From: a candidate division WOR-3 bacterium
GTDB lineage: Bacteria > Hydrothermota > Tepidihabitantia > SM23-42 > JAOAFX01
Direction of reading: 5' to 3'
Assembly: GCA_037444665.1 (NCBI GenBank)
Contig: JBBILZ010000020.1
Span: forward strand, 1-41,043
Length of the DNA stretch: 41,043 nt
Below the pieces are notes generated by a model, which made no database searches, was not told the DNA's origin, and saw nothing but the letters and a program-made list of their open reading frames with translations. Position 1 is the first letter of the stretch, and every line of letters starts with the position of its first letter. Below, piece after piece: positions 16,358-26,546 of this stretch. A program made the position numbers and the translations under genes.

Positions 16358-18160
16358 TTATTTCACCAGAATGAGCTTTACTGATTCCTTATTGTCTGCC
16401 AGTCCGAAATATATTCCTGGGTTCAATCTCTTGCCATTATTGTCACAGCCATTCCATAGAGCAATACCCTTTTCAAGACCGAGATTTCGCACAAGCCTTC
16501 CGCAGGCATCGTAGATTTTTACTGTGTTAACAGATGGTGCAAAATTGATATAGGTTGTTTTCTTGAATGGGTTGGGCGATGCATAAGCAGGTCTTGTTTG
16601 GGTTCTAACATCTGGATTGAGTTCTTGTACTGCACCAGGCCAGAGCTCAATATTCGTCCTGATTAAAATATCCATGCTTGCATTGTCGCGATGAGGTGCC
16701 CAGGAACCAGTATATTCATAACCTCTCATTGAAAATAGAGGGTCTGTATCCATTGAAAAACCTGGTTCACCTGCATATTCAGCTATGCCACCAACATAGA
16801 ATGCACCACTGGCAATCATAAAATAGTGATTTGAAACATCAATGTTCTTCCAACCTGTATCAGTAACCACTATCAAGGTATCAAAGATTACTGTTCCGGG
16901 GTCACCATTTGGTCCATCATCATCAATTAATTGTATATGAACCGGTGAGTTTCCACTGGTCGTAGAGCCAAAATGGAAATTCAATTGATTGACCTTTATT
17001 GGATAGCGCGGTGGATAGAATTTGTTACCCCAGCCTGAATTTGGACCATTCCAGGACATCACCTGCTCATAGCTTCCATTATCATACTGGAGTGTTGCGG
17101 GATAAGTTACTATCCTGACCTCAACCACTGCGGAATCGTTTGATGGTGTCATATCACCGCTGAGCAATGATTTTACCTTAAGTGAATATGGTCCATTTAC
17201 AGTGGGCGTCCATGATGGTGTAAAAATTAAAGAGTCTGTGGCACCAGGTGAGATACTTGGCACATTGATTGTATCAGAAAAGACAACCATATTTGAAGGA
17301 TTCCTAACCTCACAATAGACATTAAATCCTGCTTCTGGTTGATTACCAGTATTCTTAATGACTGCCCATAAATTTATTGTATCACTATTATAGACAAAAA
17401 TTCCACCAGATACATCATTCATAACCTTCCAGACAGCAATATCGTGGACCTCATAAGTAGTTGATTCAGGTGGATAGAAAAGTATTGCAAGGTCATTATG
17501 AATTGTGTTATTGCTCGGCACATTATCGTGCTGGTATTGGAGCCCCACAGTACCTGATATATTTTCAATACCGACAGTCAAAAAGTTTGTTCCACCACCA
17601 GGCGTTCCAGTCTGAACAAGATACTGGAAGGTAATTGTGCTATCTGGTTTTGAGAGTATGATTTGAAAAGTATTGAGACTGGTTCCAACATTCCAGAAGC
17701 GGACACTGTCGTACTGGATAATACAGGTATCCTGTGTAGCATTTGTCCAGTACCAGCAAGTGCCCTGAGGTGTAAAGTCAATATCGCTCATAAGCGGAGC
17801 AAGCACATTGTTTGGTGTTTGAGCATTGGGTAATGTCTGGAATGGATGCGCTTCAAGTGTCGGGTCACCAAATGCAATGTAGCCATTAGAACCAACATAA
17901 AAAGAGTTCACCCTATACCAGTAATAAGGAAATTCAAAGCCAATGGAGAATGGACCAACAACATTATCATCGGCAAGACCTGTAATCTGAGTTCCAACAC
18001 CTTTAATATCAATCCAGTTGAAGCTTGGACCGCCCGTTGTATCACTATCAATCCATCTGTAACCATAGGCATCAGGACCACCTGCACCAGTAATTGTTGG
18101 TTCGGTTATATTCAGGAATGGCGAACCAGCAACCTGCAGTAATATTAATATATATATCAT
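16358..18160 (-). CDS. secreted protein with CARDB-like Ig domain and C-terminal FlgD-Ig / T9SS type A-like sorting domain
   Basis: GGPDAYGYRWIDSD N-terminus; IKNTGNQPE...PSNDSA (CARDB-like); C-terminal SPNPF...VKIYDACGRLVR...WNGCDNNGKRLNPGIYF. Start set at the ATG after AGGAGG. Confidence 0.8.
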   Translation of the reverse strand: MIYILILLQVAGSPFLNITEPTITGAGGPDAYGYRWIDSDTTGGPSFNWIDIKGVGTQITGLADDNVVGPFSIGFEFPYYWYRVNSFYVGSNGYIAFGDPTLEAHPFQTLPNAQTPNNVLAPLMSDIDFTPQGTCWYWTNATQDTCIIQYDSVRFWNVGTSLNTFQIILSKPDSTITFQYLVQTGTPGGGTNFLTVGIENISGTVGLQYQHDNVPSNNTIHNDLAILFYPPESTTYEVHDIAVWKVMNDVSGGIFVYNSDTINLWAVIKNTGNQPEAGFNVYCEVRNPSNMVVFSDTINVPSISPGATDSLIFTPSWTPTVNGPYSLKVKSLLSGDMTPSNDSAVVEVRIVTYPATLQYDNGSYEQVMSWNGPNSGWGNKFYPPRYPIKVNQLNFHFGSTTSGNSPVHIQLIDDDGPNGDPGTVIFDTLIVVTDTGWKNIDVSNHYFMIASGAFYVGGIAEYAGEPGFSMDTDPLFSMRGYEYTGSWAPHRDNASMDILIRTNIELWPGAVQELNPDVRTQTRPAYASPNPFKKTTYINFAPSVNTVKIYDACGRLVRNLGLEKGIALWNGCDNNGKRLNPGIYFGLADNKESVKLILVK

Positions 18161-18179
18161 AAGACCTCCTCTCATTATG

Positions 18180-18207
18180 ATTTTAATCAAAAACTTTGAT
18201 ATGTCAA
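18180..18207 (-). promoter_or_regulatory. sigma70-like promoter TTGACA-N16-TAAAAT
   Basis: Read directly upstream of the RBS of 16358..18160. Confidence 0.7.
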
Positions 18208-18235
18208 TAACTAAACATTGCTTACAAGATATTTT

Positions 18236-19894
18236 TTATTCTTTTAATGATAAAACTTCGTAAATTTCTACTGGCTTGCTGATATTTTTCAAACGGACTG
18301 CCGGTAGTTTGTTAAAATTAATGGCTTCTTTAACCATATCAAAAGTGCTTTTACTTATCAAAATCTGTCCTGGTTCAGCAATATCTTCCAGTCTTGAGGC
18401 AATATTTACTGCGGTTGAAACAACAGTATATTCCATTCTTTTTTCATTGCCAATATTACCCGCAATCACTTCTCCAGTATTTATACCAATACCAATTTCA
18501 AATGATGAAACATCCGGAATATTCAGTTTTTTCTGCCAGTGTTCTTTTAATTCCTGGACACGCTTTTTCATTCCCAGGGCACATTTTACCGCCCTTAATG
18601 GACTATCTTTGTGAAAAACCGGAGCGCCAAATATTGCCATTACACAATCACCAATATACTTATCAAGTGTTCCTTCATACAGAAATACCTCTTCGGTCAT
18701 ACTGCTCAAAAAATCATTGAGGATTTCAACCGCAACCACTGTATCAATCCGCTCCGTGAGTGAAGTGTAGCCACGAATATCACAAAAGAGGATTGTGGCA
18801 ACACAATGTTCACCACCCGGTCTAATTGCCTTTTCTTCAGTAATAATCTTTTTAACCACCTCAGGTGAAAAGAATCGCTGTAATCTTTCAGTAATCCTTT
18901 CTTCTCTTTTTATCTTTTCATAGAGCTGGGTATTTTCAATGGCAATCGCAGCTTGACTGGCAAAAGAATCAAGAAATCCAATATCATCTTCAGAGAATTT
19001 ATTAAAACCAACAGGATTATCAAGATAGATTACACCTAAAATGGATTTTTCTTTTGAAATGAGTGGAACGCAGACAACAGAGCCTATGGCATAGGTAATG
19101 ACACTCTCCTGGGTTTTAAATCTTTCATCCTTTGTTGCATCGTCTGTAGCAACCAAACTGCCGGTCTTAAATGTTTCAAGGGCAATGGTCTGGCTGATAC
19201 CAGTAGTCTTTTGAAGATCAATCTCACCTCCCATATTACGTGCCACCCTGACCTTGAGACTTTTTGAAGTCTCATCATAAAGCATAATAAAACCCCTCTT
19301 TGCCTGGATTATTCTCAATGCAAGGTCCATTAAGAGATTCAAAAGAACATTCAGGTCAAAGACAAAGTTTATCACCTTACCCACCTCACATAGAGTAGCG
19401 GCAATCTCTCGTGATTTCTCTGCCTCCAATAGTTTTTTTTGATATTCTTTAATGCTTTCCTGGAGTGCGTTTATTGACCTTAATATCTTCTCCTTTTTTT
19501 CACCCTTATTAATTAAAATTTTAACATCATCAATAGCTTTATCAATATCAAGAATATCGCCGAACCTCCGTGCTACTGCCTTTCGTTCAGGGATCTGACT
19601 CAGTTTTTTTTCATCAACAAATGTTATTATAATATTTCCCAATTGAATTTCGTCACCATAATCAAGTCTTTTTTCTGTAATCTTTTCACCGTTTACAAAT
19701 GTGCCATAACGGCTTTTGTGGTCTTTGATAATATATTGCTCACCTTTTTTAATGACCTCGGCATGTCGCCGTGATACAAAAATGTCATCAAGAACAATGT
19801 CATTATCATCAAGTCTACCCAGGGTAAGAAATTCTTTATCCAGTTTAATAATCTGGGTCTCTTCGTTAGATTTATGAATAAGGAATGTTGCCAC
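18236..19894 (-). CDS. FHA-GAF-class III adenylate cyclase
   Basis: FHA: LGRLDDNDIVL..VSRRHA..SRYGTFVNG. GAF: VCVPL..GVIYLDN..FSEDD..QAAIAIEN. Cyclase: LFCDIRGYT, DKYIGD, GINTG, EYTV..VNIASRL. Confidence 0.93.
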   Translation of the reverse strand: MATFLIHKSNEETQIIKLDKEFLTLGRLDDNDIVLDDIFVSRRHAEVIKKGEQYIIKDHKSRYGTFVNGEKITEKRLDYGDEIQLGNIIITFVDEKKLSQIPERKAVARRFGDILDIDKAIDDVKILINKGEKKEKILRSINALQESIKEYQKKLLEAEKSREIAATLCEVGKVINFVFDLNVLLNLLMDLALRIIQAKRGFIMLYDETSKSLKVRVARNMGGEIDLQKTTGISQTIALETFKTGSLVATDDATKDERFKTQESVITYAIGSVVCVPLISKEKSILGVIYLDNPVGFNKFSEDDIGFLDSFASQAAIAIENTQLYEKIKREERITERLQRFFSPEVVKKIITEEKAIRPGGEHCVATILFCDIRGYTSLTERIDTVVAVEILNDFLSSMTEEVFLYEGTLDKYIGDCVMAIFGAPVFHKDSPLRAVKCALGMKKRVQELKEHWQKKLNIPDVSSFEIGIGINTGEVIAGNIGNEKRMEYTVVSTAVNIASRLEDIAEPGQILISKSTFDMVKEAINFNKLPAVRLKNISKPVEIYEVLSLKE

Positions 19895-20781
19895 TACCTG
19901 CAGATCACTACATTGTCAAAACTGGCATTTATCTGATTTGTCCCTTCTCTTTCAATCAGTAAACCGGTCTTTCCTTCACCAAAAGTGCCATCTGTCCTAT
20001 CAATTTTTAATTCTTCATTAAAATATACCTTGAATTGTGTATCACAGACATCTACCCACAAGCTATACCACTGGTTATGTGCCACAAAGACCTGAGCATG
20101 GTCAATAATAGTAAACACACCATTGACTACCTTGCAAAAGAAGAGCCTTTCCCTTGATGTAGATACAGTATAATAATTAAGGCTATCCTGTAATCTCAAT
20201 ACTACACCCACTTGACTAAATGAATCCGGGGGGGTATTAAACTTGAATTCAATGCCAATGGCAAAACTTTGCACAGTTTGATTGTATAAGACAAGCCCGC
20301 GCGGAGAAAAACAATTATACACATTTGGCAGGGATGGTGCACTATTATCGTTCTGGACATTCCAATTACCATAAATCCACTTAAAATCAAATGGCTCAAT
20401 TGTGCCTACTGTATCATTATCAAAATTGAAGATCATTGTTGAAAAATAGAGGTCAATAGTATCAGAAGTTCCAGCCGGCAAACTCTCTGGATAATATTCT
20501 GCAGGAAGATAATATGGAGCAAATGCCATTATTTTATAGATACCCGGAGCAATGTTTGAGAATTCATACCATCCTTCAAGGTCAGAGAATGTTGAATCAT
20601 AGAGTTCATGGTCAAGGGTCAATAATTTGACTTTGGCATTCTTTACCTTACCATCGGGTGATTCAATTATGCCGTTTAAATAAGCCTTATCCGGATTTTT
20701 CGGGTCAAATTCATTGTCCCTTTTAGGTTTGAGGCAAGCGACCATTAAAATAATGATTATTGCAACAAATATTTTTTTCAT
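19894..20781 (-). CDS. lipoprotein with carboxypeptidase-regulatory-like domain and concanavalin A-like C-terminal domain
   Basis: Lipobox MVAC, RDNEFDPKN, TFSDLEGWYEFSNIAPGIYKIMA; C-terminal WYSLWV...FKVYFN...GKTGL...FDNV. Confidence 0.7.
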   Translation of the reverse strand: MKKIFVAIIIILMVACLKPKRDNEFDPKNPDKAYLNGIIESPDGKVKNAKVKLLTLDHELYDSTFSDLEGWYEFSNIAPGIYKIMAFAPYYLPAEYYPESLPAGTSDTIDLYFSTMIFNFDNDTVGTIEPFDFKWIYGNWNVQNDNSAPSLPNVYNCFSPRGLVLYNQTVQSFAIGIEFKFNTPPDSFSQVGVVLRLQDSLNYYTVSTSRERLFFCKVVNGVFTIIDHAQVFVAHNQWYSLWVDVCDTQFKVYFNEELKIDRTDGTFGEGKTGLLIEREGTNQINASFDNVVICR

Positions 20782-20818
20782 TTTTTCCTCCCACGAATAA
20801 AAGGATTATAACCCATTA

Positions 20819-21661
20819 TTATTTTATCCTGAAATTGTATCCTATTTGTAAATAATCTTTATTCAGACTGCAATAAAACCCTTTATCAAATCTATTCATT
20901 GATGATTTTGTAACGGGCTTTGCTGTTAGCACATCGTAGATATTATAAACATATAACACAAAATAGGAACCCCAGGAGATTGCCGCAATGTTATACCATA
21001 GCCTGTATTCTTTGTAAGCCTGGTCCATTTCAATTTCGTTGCCGGGTTCAATATCAAGGTATTTCTGATGTTTAACCTCTTGAATAGAACTTGATATCAC
21101 TGCTGTGGGCAAAAGAATTGCCGTTGCAATCATCAATTTTTTCCCTTTAGAACTTTCACCTTTATACATCTGGCCCCAGCCCGGTAAACAGCAACTCCGT
21201 ATTAAGGCACCCGTAGTACTTACCTGGGCAGGCTGGACAACAGGTTTTGTTGGTTTTGCAGGTGGTTGGACTGTTGGTGGTTTGGGTGTGACCGCTGCCA
21301 TTTCAGCTTTTGCTTCTTCAAATACCTTGATAATCTTCGGTGAAACAGTGGCAGGGTCAAGTTCTAATTTCGGGTCGAGCAATAGTGCCTTTTTAAACTG
21401 TTCTTTTGCCCTTTCCTTATCACCAAATGCAACATAACTGAATGCGAGATATTTATATGCTTCAACCTGTTCAGTCTGGTTGAGTTGTTTTAAGTATTGC
21501 AGGGCATCTTCCAGTTGTTTTATTGCATTTTCGTATTCACCATTGTTATAATATAATTTTGCCTTTTCCAGCATCTTTAAAAGTGAATCTCCACTGACCT
21601 GCTGGCTAAAACTGAAACCAACAAAGACCGCACATAAAACTATAGTGAATTTTTTTAGCAT
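20819..21661 (-). CDS. exported TPR protein with Pro-rich linker and DUF5683-like membrane C-terminus
   Basis: Signal peptide; TPRs (AKLYYNNGEYENAI, AKEQFKKALLLDP); SPKI motif; SCCLPGWGQMYKG. Start set at the ATG after GGAG. Confidence 0.75.
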   Translation of the reverse strand: MLKKFTIVLCAVFVGFSFSQQVSGDSLLKMLEKAKLYYNNGEYENAIKQLEDALQYLKQLNQTEQVEAYKYLAFSYVAFGDKERAKEQFKKALLLDPKLELDPATVSPKIIKVFEEAKAEMAAVTPKPPTVQPPAKPTKPVVQPAQVSTTGALIRSCCLPGWGQMYKGESSKGKKLMIATAILLPTAVISSSIQEVKHQKYLDIEPGNEIEMDQAYKEYRLWYNIAAISWGSYFVLYVYNIYDVLTAKPVTKSSMNRFDKGFYCSLNKDYLQIGYNFRIK

Positions 21662-21672
21662 ATATACTCCTT

Positions 21673-23604
21673 TCACTTTGGTTTAAGTTCAATATTTTTC
21701 TTTAACATCTGGTTTGTCGATATTTCTATTGTCTCTTCGTATGGCAGGTATGATGGGTTTATTAATTTTAATATATGGCGACCAGCAGATAATTTAATGG
21801 GTTCGGCAATGGGTGTTGTTTCATAGAATTTCCCATCAATATATACATCTGCCCAGGGTTTGACTGTAATCTTTAAAAAGCCCTCCAGTGGTTCAAGTTT
21901 TACATTCAAATCCACGGTCTGGTCCGGGGTAAATTTTATTCTTTTTTGCCAGATTTTAAAATTGGGATTTTCAAGGCGCACTGTATGTATTCCTGCACTC
22001 AACTGAAGTGGCCTTGCAATGGGTGTTGTTTCAATATAGACATTATCAATATAGATCTTTGCCCAGGGTTCAACCTTAACTTTCAGATAACTTGTTCCTT
22101 CAACTGGTGGTATGGGTTTTTGAACGGGTGGTTTAACTATGATATTCGTATCTTTCTTTGCGATTTCTGCAGTCAAACTAATATTGAGGTTGATTGTATC
22201 ATTACCCTTAATTTCAAATTTCTGCAAAGATGGTCTATACCCGGATTTTTTAAATTCAACCTGATACTCACCTATTTTTAGACTCTCCAGTATTGCCGGA
22301 GTTTTTTTACCCAGGCTGTCATTATTAAGAAAAACCTCTGCCCCATCTGGTGTTGTATTCAATATTGCATATCCAGTCAGTGGTATCTGCGGCGTAACCT
22401 GGGATCTTTGTCTTGGTAAAAATTTTGAAAGGGCAAATAAGATTATTACAATCGCAATTATACCAGCCACTATTGCGATGGGGCTGAAGGCTCTTTTTTC
22501 TACGGATTTCTTCTCTTCTTTAGGAACGACTTTTTTCTTTGCAATCGGAGCTCGCTCCTTCTTTTTCTTTAACTCATCAAGATAAATCTTTGCCTTTGAA
22601 TCATCTGGGTCTAAAATAAGAACTTTTTCAAATTCACCTATTGCATCATCAATCTTTTCATAACCGAGATTCATAAAATAGATTGCCCGTTCATAATGGC
22701 GTTCTTTCCTTTTCTGCAAAAGGCTCTGAAAATTCCGGGCAGGTGCAGCAATGAAATCGCCAATCTCTTTTCGTTGAAATTCAATCCGATTTCTGCGTAG
22801 GTAATTGTTGATCTCTGAAATAACATCATTACATTGCTGGTATCTTTTATCCGGGTCTTTCTCTAACATTCGTTCAATAATGCTACTTATTTCTTTTGAA
22901 ACGAGCGGGTTTGCTTCAACCGGCTTTGGTGGTGTAATGGTGAGGATTTCATGGATTACTGAAGAGTAATTATCACCCCGGAACGGTTTTATGCCGGTGA
23001 GCATTTCATAGATAACCACACCTAACGAAAATATATCAGAACGGATATCTACTTTTTTGCCAGCTGCCTGCTCAGGCGACATATAAGCAGGTGTGCCGAC
23101 GATTGAACCAGTCACAGTTATTGATGTCAAATCCTGAGCCTGGGCAAGTCCAAAATCTGCAATCTTTACAGTTCCATCATAACCGATTAGAATGTTTGCT
23201 GGCTTCACATCGCGGTGAACAATACCCTTTTGATGGGCATAATCAAGCCCTTTGCTGATTTCCATCGCAATGTTTAAGGCAATTTCCTGGGGAACAAATT
23301 TTATCTGGTTCAATATATCTTTCAAACTTTTGCCATCCACATATTCCATCGCAATAAAATAGACTTCTTCATCACGACCGAAATCAATAATATTAACAAT
23401 GTTTTCGTGCTGGAGGTTCGCTGCTGCCTTTGCCTCCCGTTCAAAACGGACAATAAAATCTTTATCCTGAGCAAGGTGTCCATGCAATACCTTTATTGCA
23501 ACAATCCGGTCAAGGGAGATCTGAACTGCCTTATAAATTGCTGCCATACCGCCAGTTGCAATAAGCTCTTTTATTTCAAAATTTCGGATTCTGCGATTAA
23601 TCAT
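21673..23604 (-). CDS. Hanks-type Ser/Thr protein kinase with TPR, one TM helix and extracytoplasmic PEGA domains
   Basis: GGMAAIY, VAIK, HRDVKPAN, DFG, GTPAYMSPEQ; TPR AIGEFEKVLILDP; TM IAIVAGIIAIVIILFAL; TPDGAEVFLN and two PWA.(I/V)YID...TTPIA repeats. Confidence 0.95.
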   Translation of the reverse strand: MINRRIRNFEIKELIATGGMAAIYKAVQISLDRIVAIKVLHGHLAQDKDFIVRFEREAKAAANLQHENIVNIIDFGRDEEVYFIAMEYVDGKSLKDILNQIKFVPQEIALNIAMEISKGLDYAHQKGIVHRDVKPANILIGYDGTVKIADFGLAQAQDLTSITVTGSIVGTPAYMSPEQAAGKKVDIRSDIFSLGVVIYEMLTGIKPFRGDNYSSVIHEILTITPPKPVEANPLVSKEISSIIERMLEKDPDKRYQQCNDVISEINNYLRRNRIEFQRKEIGDFIAAPARNFQSLLQKRKERHYERAIYFMNLGYEKIDDAIGEFEKVLILDPDDSKAKIYLDELKKKKERAPIAKKKVVPKEEKKSVEKRAFSPIAIVAGIIAIVIILFALSKFLPRQRSQVTPQIPLTGYAILNTTPDGAEVFLNNDSLGKKTPAILESLKIGEYQVEFKKSGYRPSLQKFEIKGNDTINLNISLTAEIAKKDTNIIVKPPVQKPIPPVEGTSYLKVKVEPWAKIYIDNVYIETTPIARPLQLSAGIHTVRLENPNFKIWQKRIKFTPDQTVDLNVKLEPLEGFLKITVKPWADVYIDGKFYETTPIAEPIKLSAGRHILKLINPSYLPYEETIEISTNQMLKKNIELKPK

Positions 23605-23617
23605 AAGATATTTAAAT

Positions 23618-23745
23618 ATTATATTAAATTATATTGAATAGTCAAGTAAATGTTATGACTAAACTTTTTAATTTTAGATTCTGTCAAAAAATAAAATTAT
23701 AATTCCCAGAATTTTCCTTTACTTTTTAATTTTTCTTGATAAAAT
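23618..23745. promoter_or_regulatory. divergent promoters: minus TTGACT-N16-TATAAT (23645..23618) and plus TTTACT-N16-TAAAAT (23718-23745)
   Basis: Read directly in the 160-bp gap between the kinase and moxR. Confidence 0.6.
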
Positions 23746-23766
23746 TTATAAAGCAGGAGGTAATTG

Positions 23767-24765
23767 ATGGAGATGGCACAGGATGAGATAAAAGAGATAA
23801 ATGAACAAATAAATAAAGAAAGTATCATTGTGCAGAAATTGACGAGTGAGATAAACCGAGCGATTGTGGGTCAGAATTATTTGATCAATCGGTTATTGGT
23901 CGGATTGCTTGCCAATGGTCATATCCTGATTGAAGGTGTGCCTGGTCTTGCAAAGACTTATGCCGTGCGCACCCTATCAAAGGCAATAAAGGCAAAATTC
24001 CAGCGTATCCAATTTACACCTGACCTGTTGCCAGCAGATATTATAGGTACACTTGTGTATAATCAACGCACTGGAGAGTTCACAGTTAGCAAAGGACCAA
24101 TCTTTGCCAATCTAATCCTTGCTGATGAGATAAACCGCACACCGCCCAAGGTGCAGAGTGCACTTCTGGAAGCAATGCAGGAACGCCAGGTAACAATAGG
24201 TGAGCAAACATTCAAATTAGAAGAACCATTCTTAGTTCTTGCCACACAGAACCCCATTGAGCAGGAAGGGACATATCCCCTGCCCGAGGCACAAGTTGAC
24301 CGATTCCTGCTAAAGGTAAAGATTACTTATCCTACCAAAGAAGAAGAAAAAGAGATTATGGAAAGGATTGCAGTTCAGGGAGAGCCAGAGATAAAGCCGG
24401 TGGTGGATTTAGAATCGATCCTCAATGCCCGTGAACTATGCAAAAAGATATATATTGATAAAAAGATCAAAGACTATATTGTTGACCTTGTCTTTGCGAC
24501 AAGAGAGCCAGAAAAATATAATCTTGGCGAAATAAAAGGACTTATTCGTTATGGTGCATCCCCGCGTGCCTCAATCTATCTTGCTACAACTGCCCGTGCA
24601 CTCGCTTTTCTGAAAAGACGGGGTTTTGTAATTCCTGAAGACATTAAGGAACTTGCTCCTGATGTGCTGCGCCATCGCATTATTCTAACCTATGAGGCAG
24701 AGGCAGAGGAGATAACAACCGATGATGTGATTCAAAAGATACTCAATGGTGTTGAAGTGCCATAA
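23767..24765 (+). CDS. moxR: MoxR family AAA+ ATPase
   Basis: GHILIEGVPGLAKT, RIQFTPDLLPAD, LADEINR, ATQNPIEQEGTYPLPEAQVDRF, GASPRA. Confidence 0.97.
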   Translation: MEMAQDEIKEINEQINKESIIVQKLTSEINRAIVGQNYLINRLLVGLLANGHILIEGVPGLAKTYAVRTLSKAIKAKFQRIQFTPDLLPADIIGTLVYNQRTGEFTVSKGPIFANLILADEINRTPPKVQSALLEAMQERQVTIGEQTFKLEEPFLVLATQNPIEQEGTYPLPEAQVDRFLLKVKITYPTKEEEKEIMERIAVQGEPEIKPVVDLESILNARELCKKIYIDKKIKDYIVDLVFATREPEKYNLGEIKGLIRYGASPRASIYLATTARALAFLKRRGFVIPEDIKELAPDVLRHRIILTYEAEAEEITTDDVIQKILNGVEVP

Positions 24766-24771
24766 ACTTCA

Positions 24772-25665
24772 ATGATTTCACCAGAATTTATCAAAAAGAT
24801 TCGGGTAATTGAAATCCGGACAAAAAAGATTGTAAATACGACATTTGCCGGTGAATATAAATCAACATTTAAAGGCACAGGAATAGAGTTTGTAGATGTG
24901 CGGGAATATCTACCAGGTGATGATATTCGCTCCATTGATTGGAAGGTTTCCGCACGTATGGCAAGGCCTTATGTTAAAAAATTTGTGGAAGAACGCGAAC
25001 TCACAGTAATTATCTGTGTTGATGCATCTGGTTCCTGCCATTTTGGAACAAGAAATTTACCCAAGATTGAACTCGCGGCTGAGGTTGCCGCAACCTTAGC
25101 ATTCTCTGCTGTGCGTAACAATGACAAAGTAGGGCTGCTATTTTTTACTGATAAAATAGAAAAATATATTCCACCAAAAAAGGGAAGATTCCATGTGCTC
25201 CGTCTTATTCGCGATATCCTCTATTTCCAGCCTGAGCATAAAGGAACAGACCCGATTCAGGCACTGGAATTTTTAATGCATATCCTCAAACATCGGGCAA
25301 TCATCTTTTTTATTAGCGATTTTATTGGTGAGGGATTTGTTCCTGATAAACTGCGTATTCCATTAGGAGTTGCTGCGCGCAAGTATGACCTCGTGATAAT
25401 CAAAATTAGTGACCCGGGTGAAAAGAGCATTCCGGTGATGGGGCTTGTGCAATTAGAAGACCTGGAAAGTGGCGAGACCATAATGATTGATACCAGGAAT
25501 CGCAGCCTTATGAATAATTATACACAGCACATTAATGAGAAAAAGGTAGCAATAGAAAAACTTTTTAATTCCCTGGGCATTGATAGTGTCAACCTTTCCA
25601 CTACTGAGGATTTTGTTCCGCATCTTCATAAATTTTTTGAACAGAGGGCAAGGCGCTACCGATGA
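24772..25665 (+). CDS. DUF58 domain (VWA-like) protein
   Basis: GTGIEFVDVREYLPGDDIRSIDWKVSAR, FVEEREL, VDASGS, ISDF. Confidence 0.95.
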   Translation: MISPEFIKKIRVIEIRTKKIVNTTFAGEYKSTFKGTGIEFVDVREYLPGDDIRSIDWKVSARMARPYVKKFVEERELTVIICVDASGSCHFGTRNLPKIELAAEVAATLAFSAVRNNDKVGLLFFTDKIEKYIPPKKGRFHVLRLIRDILYFQPEHKGTDPIQALEFLMHILKHRAIIFFISDFIGEGFVPDKLRIPLGVAARKYDLVIIKISDPGEKSIPVMGLVQLEDLESGETIMIDTRNRSLMNNYTQHINEKKVAIEKLFNSLGIDSVNLSTTEDFVPHLHKFFEQRARRYR

Positions 25666-26546
25666 TCAATATCATTTTTATTATTATTTTCTCTCAGATT
25701 GAGGCAAAAGCAAATCTCTCCCGTGAATATCTCAATAAAAAATTCACTGCTGGTGACCCGTTTGAAATTTTGGTGGAGATAAAGGCACCTGCCGGACAAA
25801 AACCTGCCGGACCTTTTATTGATTCAATTGAACCATTTGTCATCATTGACCAGAAACACAAAATCATTCAGGAGAAAGGACAATCTAAGGATATTTATTT
25901 ACTCAAAGTTGCTGCCTTTTCTGCTGGTGATTTAAAATTTCCTTCAATCAAATTCTTTTTGCGGGATAGTACCCGCCTTGATACCATAAAGACCAATGAA
26001 GTGCCAATCAAGATCATTTCGGTTCTTCCGGAAAAGATGGAAGATATAAATGATATCAAAGAGGCAGTTGAATTCCCCAATCCCCTACCACTGCTCCTCG
26101 TTTTAATCCTTGCTGGCTCAGGGATGCTCAGTTTTATCGGTATGAAATTATACAAAAAATACAAAAGAATTAAGGCAGAGAAAAAACCATCAATACCCTG
26201 CTGGGAACAGGCAATGCACGCAATTAATAATCTATTAGGGCAGGATCTGGTCGCAAAGGGTCTTTTGAAAAAATTCTATTATACACTGAGCGAAATTTTA
26301 AAACGGTATCTTGAATTCAGATTTGGTTTTCCAGCAATTGAGCAGACCACGACCGAAATTATACAGAGTATGAAAAGGGATAAAATTCCTCTGCGTGATG
26401 AATTTGCTGATTTCTTTTCACGGATTGACCGGGTAAAATATACAAAATATATTCCGCCTCAAAATGAAATTGAAACGATTGTCAACCAGGCAAGAGATTT
26501 GATAAGCCGCACAATTCCAGAACAAAATTTGCCGGAGCAGAGATGA
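25662..26546 (+). CDS. bat-locus membrane-anchored protein (BatD/DUF4381-like)
   Basis: Position between DUF58 and batA; INDIK before the TM helix; FYYTLSEILKRYLE, EQTTTEI, DRVKY. Confidence 0.75.
   Translation: MINIIFIIIFSQIEAKANLSREYLNKKFTAGDPFEILVEIKAPAGQKPAGPFIDSIEPFVIIDQKHKIIQEKGQSKDIYLLKVAAFSAGDLKFPSIKFFLRDSTRLDTIKTNEVPIKIISVLPEKMEDINDIKEAVEFPNPLPLLLVLILAGSGMLSFIGMKLYKKYKRIKAEKKPSIPCWEQAMHAINNLLGQDLVAKGLLKKFYYTLSEILKRYLEFRFGFPAIEQTTTEIIQSMKRDKIPLRDEFADFFSRIDRVKYTKYIPPQNEIETIVNQARDLISRTIPEQNLPEQR

Noticed and set aside
18236..19894. Pycsar/CBASS-type defence cyclase
   Set aside because: FHA-GAF-cyclase architecture with adenine-specifying residues and no adjacent cNMP-binding, TIR or TM effector; fits signalling better.
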